A stretch of DNA of 64,000 nt from positions 90,708 to 154,707 of the forward strand of contig CAWIPK010000008.1 in the NCBI GenBank assembly GCA_963837925.1. Reading direction: 5' to 3'. Origin of the DNA: an uncultured Chloroflexia bacterium (GTDB lineage Bacteria; Chloroflexota; Anaerolineae; CG2-30-64-16). Made by a program: the position numbers and the translations under genes. Numbering within the stretch: the first letter of the stretch is position 1; each line of letters opens with the position of its first letter. Under the pieces are notes generated by a model. That model made no database searches. It had not been told where the DNA came from and saw only the letters and a list, made by a program, of their open reading frames with translations. Below are positions 9,178 through 19,982 of the stretch, in pieces.

Positions 9178-11913
9178 GTGAACCGGCTCGATCGTGCGAT
9201 CGGCATTTGCATCACCGATAAAGACCTGACCGTCAGGTCGTGGGACCCTTGGCTAGCTCGCGCCACGGGTATTCCCGCAGCAGTGGCGCGCACGCGTTCC
9301 CTGGCGGCGCTCTTCCCTGACCTCGAAGGGCGCGGGCTGCTCCGGCGCCTCCAACGGGTGGTCGATGAAGGCGTCGTCGAGGTCCTGGCGCCGGCCTTGC
9401 ACCACTATTTGATCGCTTGTGAACCGCTCACGCCTTCGCGGCACTTTGAGTTCATGCAGCAGCGTGTCACGATAGCGCCTCTGCGGGACGGCGAGAGCAT
9501 CATTGGCGCGATACTGGGCATCGAGGACGTGACCGACAGGCTGGATCGCGAACGCGATGTCGTGGTCGAAGGGGGTTCCGGGGATGAGGTGGCTCCCGCG
9601 CCGGTGCTGACCGGCGCATTGGGTCACGACGATTGGCGGGTGCGCCGTGCTGCCGCGGACGGGCTGGCGCAGCAATCCGGGCTGGCGGTGGTAGAGAGTT
9701 CTTTCGCGCCCTGCGCGATGAATACAATGATCTGAACGTGCTCAACAGCGCATTGCAGACCCTCTCGATGCTGGACATCGACACGGTCGCTCCACTGAGC
9801 GAGTTCTTGAAGGATCCCGATCCCGAGCTGCGGACCTACGCCGCGCTGGCCCTGGGCGCCCAAAAGGATCGGCGAGGGACGGCGGCGTTGCTCGCCGCCC
9901 TCGACGACCCGGACCCGAACGTCCGTTACCACGCCATCGAAGCGCTTGGCAAGCTGCGCGCGGCTGAAGCCAGTGACGCGCTGCTGGCAGTGGCCGAGAC
10001 GCGCGACTTCTATCTGGCCTTTCCTGCATTGGATGCTCTGGCCAGCATCGGCGATAGCTGGGTGGCCCCGCGCATCGTGCCATTGCTCGCAGACGAACTG
10101 CTGCGCAGCGCCGCGGTGGATGCGCTCGGTGAGCTCGGTGATGAGGACGTGGTCGCTCCGCTGGTGGCTCTGCTCAACCGGTCGGAGCCGGCGGCTTCGG
10201 GCGCCGAGGCGGCCGAAGCATCAGCGGATACCGGTTCGGCCGCCTCCGCGGCGGCGGTCGCGCAGGCCCTGGCACGTGTGCACGACCGGTACCAGAAAAA
10301 GTACCACGAAGGGGCCTACATCGCCGACCTCGTCCGGCGCTCGGTTGACGCGGAAGGCACGCGGAGGCTGCTCGAGTCGCTGGCACACGCCCAGGGTGAG
10401 GCGGCGCGCTACCTGGTGAAGGTTGTGGGCTGGTTGGAGGGACCGGCCGTTGACCGGGCGTTGACCCAACTTTTGGACTGGCCCAACCTGCGAGCCGAAG
10501 TCGTGGAGGCCCTGGTGCGCCATGGTGCACCAGTCACCGAGCTGCTGATCGCCCAGCTCAAAGCCGAAGACGTCGAGACCCGCCAGGCCGCGGTGGTCGC
10601 CCTGGGGCGGATCGGCGACCGGCGAGCCGTGCCCGAACTAACCCGCGTTTTGACCAGCGACGGCGAGCTGATGGTCATCGCGGCCGGTGCCCTGGCCCGC
10701 ATCGGCGACCCTCGTCCGTTTGAGGCGCTGATTGGGCTGTTGAGCCACCCCGAGATGGCCGTCCGTCTGGCCGTTATCTCGGCCTTGAACTCGCTGAGCC
10801 ATCCGGGTATGGCCGGTCGGATCCTGGAGTTGTTGCGCTCCCGAGACGCGCGTGTGCGCGAAGTCTGCCGTGCGCGTCGCCGGCTATTTCGGGTACGCCG
10901 AGTGCGTGGACCTGCTGCTGGAAGCCTGTCGGGATCCGGACGAGAACGTGCGCCGGGCCGCAGTCGAGCACCTGCCCTACCTGGAGGACCGGCGCGCCGT
11001 GCCCGCGCTGTTGAGCGCTCTCGAGACCGGGACGCCGCGCGTTCGCGCAGCGGCGGCGAGCGCGCTGGGAGAGGCCCCGACCGCACTGGCCATCCCGCCC
11101 TTGTTGGCTGCCTTGCGCGACGAAGGGCTGTGGGTGCGTTACGCGGCAGCACGCGCCCTGGCCCAGCACCGGTCGCCCGACGCACTCGAGACCCTGGAGC
11201 GCGCGGCCCGGGCCGATCCGGACACGCCAGTGCGGGTGGCTGCGCTCGAGGCTCTCGGGCAGATCGGTGGCGCCCGCGCTGTCGCAGTTCTGGCTTCGGT
11301 TATAGATGCACCCGAAAGCGACCTCGCGCTGTCTGCGTTGGGCGCCTTAGGTGAGATCGGGCACCCGGATGCTCTGGCGCCTCTGCTGGCCAGTCTGCGT
11401 TCAACGGACCCCCTTTACCGGCGCGCGGCCGCGCGCTCGCTGGGCCGGCGCGGCGGGGCAGGGGTGGCCGGCGCGCTGCAGTGGGTCGCCGCTGCCGATG
11501 CCGCTGAAGATGTGGGCCAGGCGGCGATCGAGGCGCTTGGGCAGCTTGCCACGCCCGAGGCTATCGCCGCCTTGATCGAGCTGACGATGGACAGCACGCG
11601 CCGAGAGGCGTCCGTCACCGCGCTCTCGAGCGTGGGCCAGGCGCATGTTGGCGACGTGGCCCGTGGGCTGATCCATCCGCAACCGGCGGTGCGCCAGGCC
11701 GTGATCGAGGCATTGGTGCAGATGAGGCGTCCGGAGGCATCCGACGCGCTGGGCTCCGCCCTCGATCACCAGGACCCGCAGGTCCGCGTGGCAGCCTGCC
11801 GGGCGCTGGCGCGGCTTGGCAACCGGGCCGCAGAACGTAAGTTGGCACTGCTGGCGCACTCCGATCCCGACCAGTCGGTGCGAACCGCGGCAGAGAAGGC
11901 GCTGCGCAAGTGA
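9178..11913 (+). CDS. PAS-like N-terminal domain plus HEAT/PBS-lyase repeat protein (frameshifts ~9697 and ~10863)
   Basis: GICITDKDLTVRSWD PAS-like start, then many HEAT repeats (DPDPNVRYHAIEALG, DPDENVRRAAVEHL, DPQVRVAACRAL) continuing across ORFs 9178, 9633 and 10852. Confidence 0.85.
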
Positions 11914-11919
11914 GCAAGC

Positions 11920-12756
11920 ATGGCCTTTTACTCTGAATCGCTCGGCCTTTCCGGCGCCGCCTTTACTTTACTGCGCGACCTGATCCACGAGCGAACCGGA
12001 CTGTGCTACGATGATGGCAAGAATGAGCTGCTAGCCGACAAGTTGTCCCGGCGGGTGGTGGACTCGGGCTTTGCCTCATTTCTGGACTATTACTACTACC
12101 TCAAGTACGATGCCGAATCGGAACTCGAGTGGCTGCGAGTGATGGATCTGCTCTCTGTGCCCGAGACTTTCTTCTGGCGCGAGATGGACCAGGTGCGAGC
12201 GCTGGTGGACGTCCTCGTGCCGCGCTTCTTCGCCGGCCAGGCGGGACCTTTGCGCATTTGGAGTGCGGCCTGCGCGACGGGCGAGGAACCGTTCAGTATC
12301 GCGATCGCACTCAACGAAGCCGGCTGGCTGGCGCGCGCGCCAATCGAGATCTATGCCAGCGACGCGAGTCCGGCAGCGATTGAGAAGGCGCGCGCCGGCC
12401 TCTATCGCGAGCGCTCGTTCCGCAGCCTGCCCGCAGCGCTTAAAGAGCGTTACTTCACGCCAGAACAGGCCGGCGAGCGCATCTCGCCCGAGATCCGTCG
12501 GCAGGTGAAGTTCAGTGTCGCCAATCTGATCAGCGAGGCCGACATCGCGCACCTGGCCAACGCCCCGGTCGTCTTTTGTCGCAATGTCTTCATCTACTTT
12601 TCTAATCTCACGTTAGCCAGGGTAGCGACAACGCTGGGGCGTTGCATGCCCTCGCCCGGTTATTTGTTTCTCGGCTCCGCAGAATCGCTGCTGCGTGTGA
12701 GCACCGTGTTCGAGCTAGACGAGGTGAGTGGTGCCTTCGTATATGTCAAACGGTAG
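11920..12756 (+). CDS. cheR: Chemotaxis methyltransferase CheR
   Basis: ETFFWRE, IWSAACATGEEPFS, FCRNVFIYF, GYLFLGSAES. Confidence 0.95.
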   Translation: MAFYSESLGLSGAAFTLLRDLIHERTGLCYDDGKNELLADKLSRRVVDSGFASFLDYYYYLKYDAESELEWLRVMDLLSVPETFFWREMDQVRALVDVLVPRFFAGQAGPLRIWSAACATGEEPFSIAIALNEAGWLARAPIEIYASDASPAAIEKARAGLYRERSFRSLPAALKERYFTPEQAGERISPEIRRQVKFSVANLISEADIAHLANAPVVFCRNVFIYFSNLTLARVATTLGRCMPSPGYLFLGSAESLLRVSTVFELDEVSGAFVYVKR

Positions 12757-13825
12757 CCGGGGTGTTTTCCCCGATCGGGTTGTACGGGTGCTCGTGGTGG
12801 ACGATTCGGCCTACGTGCGCAAGGTCGTGACGCAGATGCTGTCGCGCAGCCCTTTTATCGAGGTGATAGGTGTCGCTCACGACGGGGAAGAAGCCTTGGA
12901 GATGGCGGCCAGTCTGCAGCCAGACGTGATCACCCTTGACCTGATTATGCCCCGCATGGACGGCGTGGCATTCCTGAAGGAGCAGATGGCCCGCCAGCCT
13001 CTCCCGGTGGTGGTGGTCAGTATCGCAGGCGAAGGGGGCGAGCTGGCCTTGCAGGCGCTGGACGCCGGGGCGACCGATTTTGTCCAGAAGCCGACCGCCC
13101 TGGCTACCGAGCGGGTGCTTGAACTGGCCGATGAGCTGGTGCAGAAGGTCAAAGCAGCCAGCGAAGTTCCCTTGTCCCGCCTCCCTCCCCTGGTTCGCTC
13201 CGTCCCGGTCTCGTCAGGACCTGGGCGCGCCGGCAGTGCCACCTCGCGTAAAGGCCAGGTCGACGCGGTGGTGATCGGCATCTCGACCGGCGGTCCGCAG
13301 GGCCTGCGCGTGCTGATCCCGCAGTTGCCGGCCGACCTCCCGGTGCCCGTGGCAGTTGTGCTGCACATGCCGGTCGGCTACACCGAACTCTACGCCCAGA
13401 AGCTGGACCAGATTTCCCGGCTGAGGGTGATCGAGGGCCACGAGGGCGACGTGTTACGTCCGGGTCAGGTCATGGTCGCCCCGGCGGGCCGCCATCTGAT
13501 CTTGCAGCGCCAGGCAGACGGCCAGGTCACGGCCCATCTGGATGCGCGCCCGTTCGACACCCCGCATCGTCCCGCGGTGGATGTCCTGTTCCGGTCGGCA
13601 GCGGAGGTGTACCACAACCGCCTGCTGGGGGTCGTCATGACCGGAATGGGCACCGACGGCCTGCAGGGCGCGGCCTGGATCAAGGCTCAGGACGGTGTGG
13701 TCTTCACCGAGGCTGAGGAGTCGTGCGTCGTCTACGGCATGTCTCGGGCTGTTGACGAGGCCGGCCTCAGTGACGAGAGCGTACCTCTGGACCAGATGGC
13801 CGGCGCCATTCTGGAGGTTGTCTAG
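12743..13825 (+). CDS. cheB: Chemotaxis methylesterase CheB with receiver domain
   Basis: VLVVDDS receiver; GISTGGP, LHMP and TGMGTDG catalytic motifs. Confidence 0.95.
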   Translation: MSNGSRGVFPDRVVRVLVVDDSAYVRKVVTQMLSRSPFIEVIGVAHDGEEALEMAASLQPDVITLDLIMPRMDGVAFLKEQMARQPLPVVVVSIAGEGGELALQALDAGATDFVQKPTALATERVLELADELVQKVKAASEVPLSRLPPLVRSVPVSSGPGRAGSATSRKGQVDAVVIGISTGGPQGLRVLIPQLPADLPVPVAVVLHMPVGYTELYAQKLDQISRLRVIEGHEGDVLRPGQVMVAPAGRHLILQRQADGQVTAHLDARPFDTPHRPAVDVLFRSAAEVYHNRLLGVVMTGMGTDGLQGAAWIKAQDGVVFTEAEESCVVYGMSRAVDEAGLSDESVPLDQMAGAILEVV

Positions 13826-13871
13826 CGCGCGGCACGCGTGCACGAAGACGCTCGCAAGGGAGAAATATCTG

Positions 13872-14240
13872 ATGGCCAAAATACTCCTGGTGGATGACTC
13901 GGGTCTTTCGCGCCGCATCCTGCGCCGGATCCTCGAGCCGGCCGGTTACGAGGTGGTGGAGGCCGAGGACGGCATGGGCGCGCTGGAGCGTTACTACCTG
14001 GAGCGACCCGATGCGGTCATGCTTGACATGACCATGAGCGGAATGCACGGTCTGGACGTGCTGGCGCAACTGCGACAGATGGACCCCAAGGCCGTCGTCA
14101 TCGTCGCGACCGCGGACGTCCAGGATTCCAGCCGCCAACTCGCCGTGGCCGGCGGCGCAAAGAGCTTCTTGACCAAGCCGTTTACGCCTCAACGGGTGCT
14201 CGATACGATCAGTGCCGCGTTGGAGGTACACGATGCTTAG
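13872..14240 (+). CDS. cheY: Second CheY-like response regulator
   Basis: KILLVDDS, LDMTMS, FLTKPF; ATG after GGGAG. Confidence 0.85.
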   Translation: MAKILLVDDSGLSRRILRRILEPAGYEVVEAEDGMGALERYYLERPDAVMLDMTMSGMHGLDVLAQLRQMDPKAVVIVATADVQDSSRQLAVAGGAKSFLTKPFTPQRVLDTISAALEVHDA

Positions 14241-14833
14241 TGCCGAACAGAACGATGCCTTGACCGAGGTGATTAACATCGGGTTCTCGCGGGCTGGTGC
14301 CTCGCTTTCGGAGTTGACCGGCCATCGCGTGCTGCTTGACCCGCCCCAGGTCGCCATCTATCCGATCACCGATCTCGGCAAGGCCCTCGGCACCATCATC
14401 AAGGGCGACATCGCCACCGTACACCAGATTTTCGGCGGCCCGGTCGCGGGTGACGCTATGCTGATCCTCACCCAGGAAGACGCGAACTCTGTTGGCCCGT
14501 CTCCTGACGGGTGACGAGCGCCGGGGCCGGACACTGGAGGTCACCGATCGTGAGGTGCTGATGGAGACCGGCAACATCCTGTTGAGCGCCTGTCTCGGCA
14601 CCTTCGGCAACCTCTTGCAGGTGCACATCACCTTCACCGTGCCGCGCTTGCACGTGGAGGCGCTGGACGGACTGCTCGATAGCCTGGTCATCGGTTCCGA
14701 AGAACTGCGCTACGGTCTGGTGGTATTCGCCAACTTCCGCCTGCGCGACAGCGAAGTCGGTGGTTTTCTGGTGATGGTTCTCGGCATCGCGTCGCTCGAC
14801 CGCCTGATCCAGGAGGTCGAGAAGCTGGGCTGA
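14233..14833 (+). CDS. cheC: CheC-family phosphatase (+1 frameshift ~14488)
   Basis: DALTEVINIG and EVLMETGNI (two ExxN motifs) split across ORFs 14212 and 14492. Confidence 0.85.
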
Positions 14834-15066
14834 ACGGAAGGGGCTGACCAAGAACTCCTCGTATTGCAGCTACTCCTGCAGTCGTTCGCTCCCCCCATCC
14901 CCTCGCGCCCGTTGCCCGTACCATCTGGAAGCGAGCATGCTGACCGATGTCGCTCAGGTAGTAAGCTAATTAGGATCATCGCGGCAACTTATCGATCGCG
15001 GTGTATCTGCTCGCGACGCTGCCATCGGCCGGGCGAGGGAGGTGAAGACGGAAAGGAGCATCTGGG

Positions 15067-16818
15067 GTGGCAAACACAACCGCTGACCTGCTTATCGAAC
15101 GCCTGATTGACTGGGGGGTCGACACCATCTTCGGGTTTCCCGGTGACGGCATTAATGACATCTTTGAAGCTCTGCGCACGCACCAGGACCGCATCAAGTT
15201 CATCCAGGTTCGGCACGAAGAAGCGGCCGCCTTTGCGGCCTGCGGCTACGCCAAATACACCGGCAACCTGGGTGTTTGCCTGGCAACCTCGGGTCCCGGC
15301 GGCGTGCACCTCCTTAACGGTCTCTACGACGCGAAGGACGACGGACAGCCCGTCCTCGCCATCACGGGCCATACCTTTCACGACCTGATCGGCACTCACT
15401 ACCAGCAAGACGTCGACCTCGACAAGTTGTTCATGGACGTCTGCGTCTACAACGAACGCGTTATGGGCCCGACGCACGTTGTGAACGCCGTGGACGAGGC
15501 CGTAAAAACGGCCCTGACCCGGCGCGGCGTGGCGCACTTGACCATACCTAAGGACATCCAGGGCTGGAGCCTCGACGGTCATCGATCGAAAGCCAATCTT
15601 CCCCATCATAGCGCGGACCTGTTCACCGGGGCACAGCCGTTGCCTGCCCGCGGGTTGCTAGAGCGCGCCGCCGAAGTGCTCAACCAGGGCAACAAAGTCG
15701 CAATTCTGGCCGGGCGAGGTGCGCTCAATGCCCGCGCCGACGTGCTCGCCCTGGCCGAGAAGCTGGCGGCCCCGATCGTCAAGCCGCTGCTCGGCAAGGC
15801 TGTGGTCCCCGACGACAGCCCGTACACCACGGGTGGCATCGGCTTGCTTGGCACGGCACCGTCGCAGGATGCGCTGCAAGAATGCGACACCCTGATCATC
15901 GTCGGCAGCAGCTTCCCGTACATCGAGTTTTATCCGAAGCCCGGCCAGGCGAAGGCGGTTCAGATCGACATCGATCCGTCACGCATCGGCCTGCGCTATC
16001 CGGCCGAAGTTGGCCTGGTGGGCCACAGCCGCGACGTCTTGCAGGCCTTGCTGCCCTTGGTCCATGCCAAATCTGATCGCCGCTTTCTCGTAAAGGCGCA
16101 GGACCGCATGGTGCAGTGGCGCAAGCTGATGCAGGAGCGCGGGACCCGCCCTGACAAGCCGATGAAGCCGCAGGTCGTCGCCTACGCGCTCAATAAGCTT
16201 CTGGACGACGATGCGATCATCTCATCGGATAGCGGCACCATCGCCACCTGGTCGGCACGCTACATCGATATCCGCGGCGATCAGCAGTACTCGCTCTCCG
16301 GCAGCCTGGCCACCATGGGCAACGGCTTGCCCTATTCGGTGGGCGCGGCGGTCGCCTACCCTGGGCGGCAGGTGGTCGGCTTCGTCGGTGACGGCGGATT
16401 CACGATGCTGATGGGCGAAGTGGCGACCCTGGTCAAGTACAGGCTCAACGTCAAGATCATCATCATCAAGAACAACGTGCTTGGCCAGATCAAATGGGAG
16501 CAGATGGTTCTCAACGCCAACCCGCAGTACGGCGTGCAGTTGCAGCCGATCGACTTCGCCGCCTACGCCCGCGCTGTCGGCGCGGCCGGCTACACGATTG
16601 AGGACCCTGCGGACTGCGAGGCGACCTTGCGGGCCGCCCTGGCGCATCCGGGCCCGGCCATTGTCGAGGCCGTGGTCGACGCCAACGAGCCGCCGCTGCC
16701 GGGGAAAATCTCGACCGACCAGGCCACGCATTTCGCCGAGTCTCTGGCCCGTGGCGAGCGCAAGCGCTTCGAGATCATCAAGACCGTCCTCGAAGACAAG
16801 GTGCGGGAAGTGATCTAG
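15067..16818 (+). CDS. Thiamine-PP-dependent pyruvate oxidase/dehydrogenase (PoxB-like)
   Basis: IFGFPGDG, QVRHEEAAAFAA, TSGPGGVHLLNGLYDAK, GDGGF...NN TPP motif. Confidence 0.9.
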   Translation: MANTTADLLIERLIDWGVDTIFGFPGDGINDIFEALRTHQDRIKFIQVRHEEAAAFAACGYAKYTGNLGVCLATSGPGGVHLLNGLYDAKDDGQPVLAITGHTFHDLIGTHYQQDVDLDKLFMDVCVYNERVMGPTHVVNAVDEAVKTALTRRGVAHLTIPKDIQGWSLDGHRSKANLPHHSADLFTGAQPLPARGLLERAAEVLNQGNKVAILAGRGALNARADVLALAEKLAAPIVKPLLGKAVVPDDSPYTTGGIGLLGTAPSQDALQECDTLIIVGSSFPYIEFYPKPGQAKAVQIDIDPSRIGLRYPAEVGLVGHSRDVLQALLPLVHAKSDRRFLVKAQDRMVQWRKLMQERGTRPDKPMKPQVVAYALNKLLDDDAIISSDSGTIATWSARYIDIRGDQQYSLSGSLATMGNGLPYSVGAAVAYPGRQVVGFVGDGGFTMLMGEVATLVKYRLNVKIIIIKNNVLGQIKWEQMVLNANPQYGVQLQPIDFAAYARAVGAAGYTIEDPADCEATLRAALAHPGPAIVEAVVDANEPPLPGKISTDQATHFAESLARGERKRFEIIKTVLEDKVREVI

Positions 16819-16822
16819 GGCC

Positions 16823-17935
16823 ATGCCAGTAGGAGAGAGCACCATTCCGGTCGAGCGCCTGGATGTGTCGGCCTACAAGATCCCGACCGATGCACCCGAG
16901 TCGGACGGCACCTACCGCTGGGACAGCACCACGATCGTCATCGCGGAGGCGACGGCGGGCGGCAAGCGGGGCCTGGGCTATACCTACGCCGACGGCGCCA
17001 CCGCTCACCTGGTCCTCGAGATGCTGGCCGGCGTGGTGCGGGGCTGCGATGCCTTGGCGGTGTCCGGCGCCTGGTTAAAAATGGTCCAGGCGGTGCGCAA
17101 CCTGGGCCGCCCGGGCATTGCCGCGATGGCGATCTCGGCCGTGGACAATGCGCTGTGGGATCTCAAAGCCCGCCTGCTTGACACTTCGCTGGCGAAGCTG
17201 CTCGGGCCGGTGCGTGATGGCGTGCCGGCTTACGGCAGCGGTGGCTTCACTTCCTACTCGAAAGAACAGCTGCAGGGTCAACTCGGAGGTTGGGCCAGGC
17301 AGGGCATGAAGCGCGTCAAGATGAAGGTTGGACGGGACCCGGAGCAAGACCTGGAGCGGGTGCGCTGGGCACGCGAGGCCATCGGGCCGGACACCGAGCT
17401 GTTTGTGGATGCCAATGGCGCTTACAGGCTGACCCAGGCCCTCTGGTTCGCCGAGCGTTTCGCCGGCGAGTTCGGCGTTAGCTGGTTCGAGGAACCCCGC
17501 CCTTCGGACGACCTGGAGGGCCTGCACTGGCTGCGCGACCGGGCGCCGGCCGGGCTCGACATCGCCGCCGGGGAATATGGCTACGAACTGCTCTACTTCC
17601 GGCGGATGTTGGATGCCGCCGCCGTCGACGTGTTGCAGGCAGACGCAAGCCGCTGCGGTGGCATCACCGGCTTTATGGCTGCCGGCGCCCTGTGCGAGGC
17701 GCACCTGCTGCCCTACTCGGCGCACTGCGCACCCAGCCTGCACGTGCATCCCTGCTGCGCACTGTCGAAGGCAATTCACCTGGAATATTTCCACGATCAC
17801 GCGCGCATCGAGCACATCCTGTTCGACGGCGCATCTACCCCGGTAGAGGGTGTGCTTTACCCCGACCTGTCGCGGCCCGGTCTCGGACTGGAGCTCAAGC
17901 GGCAGGATGTGGAACGTTTCCGGATCGGGATCTGA
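16823..17935 (+). CDS. Mandelate racemase/muconate lactonizing (enolase superfamily) protein
   Basis: AISAVDNALWDLKAR, KMK, VDANG, WFEEP, AGE, RPGLG. Confidence 0.9.
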   Translation: MPVGESTIPVERLDVSAYKIPTDAPESDGTYRWDSTTIVIAEATAGGKRGLGYTYADGATAHLVLEMLAGVVRGCDALAVSGAWLKMVQAVRNLGRPGIAAMAISAVDNALWDLKARLLDTSLAKLLGPVRDGVPAYGSGGFTSYSKEQLQGQLGGWARQGMKRVKMKVGRDPEQDLERVRWAREAIGPDTELFVDANGAYRLTQALWFAERFAGEFGVSWFEEPRPSDDLEGLHWLRDRAPAGLDIAAGEYGYELLYFRRMLDAAAVDVLQADASRCGGITGFMAAGALCEAHLLPYSAHCAPSLHVHPCCALSKAIHLEYFHDHARIEHILFDGASTPVEGVLYPDLSRPGLGLELKRQDVERFRIGI

Positions 17936-17961
17936 TCGATGGACCCGGGAGGAATCAAGCC

Positions 17962-18159
17962 GTGAAAGATCGGGAAAGCTGGTTGGAGACCGGCCTCGTG
18001 CTGTTCGCCGGCGGGCTGCTGGTCGGACTGGGGGTGCTCCTGTTCGGCCGCGTCTCTGGCGGCGCGCACCGGGCGCGCCAGCATGGGCAACCGGCCCCGT
18101 CCGCCGGCAGCGTACCGGCCCATCGTCATCAGCACATCTCCAGCAACGCGGCGCGTTGA
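17962..18159 (+). CDS. Small single-TM protein (65 aa)
   Basis: GGAGG RBS, GTG start, MKDRESWLETGLVLFAGGLLVGLGVLLFG hydrophobic helix. Confidence 0.55.
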   Translation: MKDRESWLETGLVLFAGGLLVGLGVLLFGRVSGGAHRARQHGQPAPSAGSVPAHRHQHISSNAAR

Positions 18160-18308
18160 GTGAGGATGAAGTTCTCTCCTGCCCCCCTGTTCGTCCTGTC
18201 ACTCTGGCGCCGCCGGCTTCGACAGGCCTCACGGAATGCAGGGGCTCGGAGAATCGACCCCAATTCGGCCCGCCAATCGGTGGGCGTGATCGCTCTGTAG
18301 GATCGGGC

Positions 18309-19325
18309 ATGTTCAGGTTTGCACGCCGGAAGAAGAGCCCAGTTGAACGGCTGCGCGAGGCGGTTCGGGTGGCCCGCCTGGAAATACGGCAAGGTCGCTT
18401 CCAACGCAGCATGGCCGTGATCGCGTCGTTTGCGGCCCTCGTCAGCGGCTTCGAGGCCTACGCCCAGCACCAGCGGGGTGCCTTTGCCGACCGGTGGATG
18501 TGGACCCCTGTCTGGCTCACGCCTCCGGTCGTCGGCTCGGCGGGGGCAGCCTTGGTCAGCGAGCGGGCTGCCCGGCGGGTCTTGCCGGTCGTAGCAATGG
18601 CCGCGTTGGCCGATGGCTTCATCGGCTTCGGCCTCCATATACGTGGCATCACACGCTTGCCCGGCGGCTCCAGGCTCTGGCGCTACAACATCGTTATGGG
18701 CCCGCCCGTGTTCGCTCCCTTGCTCGTCGGCACAGTCGGGATACTCGGGCTGTTGGCGAGCGCGCTCAGACCTGAGGATGCGAGACTGTCCGACCTCAGG
18801 CGGCTTTCTCGGTCGGGGCCGTCCGGCGTGCTGGGGCGGGTGGCTCTCCTCCCCGCGCTGCGACCGGGGCCGGCGAGTGGCGGCGGCTCCGCGCCAGGGC
18901 AGGCCCTACGCGACTTGCAGCAGGAGATCTCTCGCGGCCGTTTTCAACAGGGCATGGCCCTGACCGCGGCCTTTCTGGGGATCCTGTCCGGAGGCGAAGC
19001 CTACTTCGAGCACCTGCGGGGCAGTTATAATCAGCGGATCATGTGGACGCCCGTTTGGGTCACGCCACTGATGGTCGCAGCCGCGCTTGGCGCCGCCGGC
19101 AGCCCCCGGGTTGCCCACCATGTCTTGCCCTGGGCTTCGGCCGTGACGCTCCTGGACGGCCTGCTGGGTTTCGGGCTGCACTTGCGGGGTATCACGCGGA
19201 TGCCCGGCGGACTCGACAATCTTCGCTTCAACGTGACGTTGGGCCCGCCGTTGTTCGCACCGTTACTCTTTTCGGCCGTCGGGTTGCTGGGCCTGATCGC
19301 CACACTGCTCCGGCGGCAGAGGTGA
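18309..19325 (+). CDS. Internally duplicated integral membrane protein
   Basis: Two homologous halves (GRFQ..EAY..H.RG....MWTPVW.TP..GFGLH.RGITR.PGG...N...GPP.FAPLL); lies upstream of the dehydrogenase subunits. Confidence 0.8.
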   Translation: MFRFARRKKSPVERLREAVRVARLEIRQGRFQRSMAVIASFAALVSGFEAYAQHQRGAFADRWMWTPVWLTPPVVGSAGAALVSERAARRVLPVVAMAALADGFIGFGLHIRGITRLPGGSRLWRYNIVMGPPVFAPLLVGTVGILGLLASALRPEDARLSDLRRLSRSGPSGVLGRVALLPALRPGPASGGGSAPGQALRDLQQEISRGRFQQGMALTAAFLGILSGGEAYFEHLRGSYNQRIMWTPVWVTPLMVAAALGAAGSPRVAHHVLPWASAVTLLDGLLGFGLHLRGITRMPGGLDNLRFNVTLGPPLFAPLLFSAVGLLGLIATLLRRQR

Positions 19326-19328
19326 GAG

Positions 19329-19979
19329 ATGATTGAGAATCGCTATCCGCAGGCGGACGTTCTGGGCCAGCGCGGGCACTGGGACGAGGCCACGCGCCAG
19401 GTGGTGATGGATCGGGTCGAGAACGTGCCATCGTTCCGCTACTTTAGCGACGAGCAGAGGGCGATTGTCGAAGCAGTCTGTGCGCGTGTCATCCCTCAGG
19501 AACACCGCCCGCCGGACCGCCGCGTGCCGATCGCACCCTGGCTCGATCAGCACTATGGCGAGCGCGAGATCGACGGCTTTCGCTTCGACGACATGCCGCC
19601 GATCCAGCAGGCCTGGGACTGGGGCCTGGAGGGGCTGGACCAGACGGCGAACGCGCTGTTCGGGCGGCAATTCGTCGCTCTCGACGGCGCCGAGCAGGAC
19701 CAGGTGCTGCGGGCGGTGCGCGATGGCCAACCACCAGGGGAAGTCTGGCAGAGGATGCCGGCCCGCCGCTGGTGGACCGTCGTCATCCTGCGCCAGATCA
19801 GCGGTATCTATTACGCCCACCCCCTGGCCTGGGATGAGATCGGTTTCGGCGGCCCGGCCTATCCGCGCGGCTACTTCGCGCTCAATCACGGCGCTCCCGA
19901 GCCGTGGGAGCCGCGCGAGGCGGGCAGCCGCTATGATTTTGGGCGAGAACGCTTCGTCGTCGTTCCCAAGGGAGGTTAA
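19329..19979 (+). CDS. Gluconate 2-dehydrogenase subunit 3 family protein
   Basis: FVALDGAEQDQVL, YYAHPLAWDEIGFGGPAYPRGY. Confidence 0.85.
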   Translation: MIENRYPQADVLGQRGHWDEATRQVVMDRVENVPSFRYFSDEQRAIVEAVCARVIPQEHRPPDRRVPIAPWLDQHYGEREIDGFRFDDMPPIQQAWDWGLEGLDQTANALFGRQFVALDGAEQDQVLRAVRDGQPPGEVWQRMPARRWWTVVILRQISGIYYAHPLAWDEIGFGGPAYPRGYFALNHGAPEPWEPREAGSRYDFGRERFVVVPKGG

Positions 19980-19982
19980 TAG

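Noticed and set aside
17850-18308. N-terminal extension of the 491-aa track ORF
   Set aside because: It overlaps the enolase gene and a better small ORF; homology between the two halves starts only after ATG 18309.
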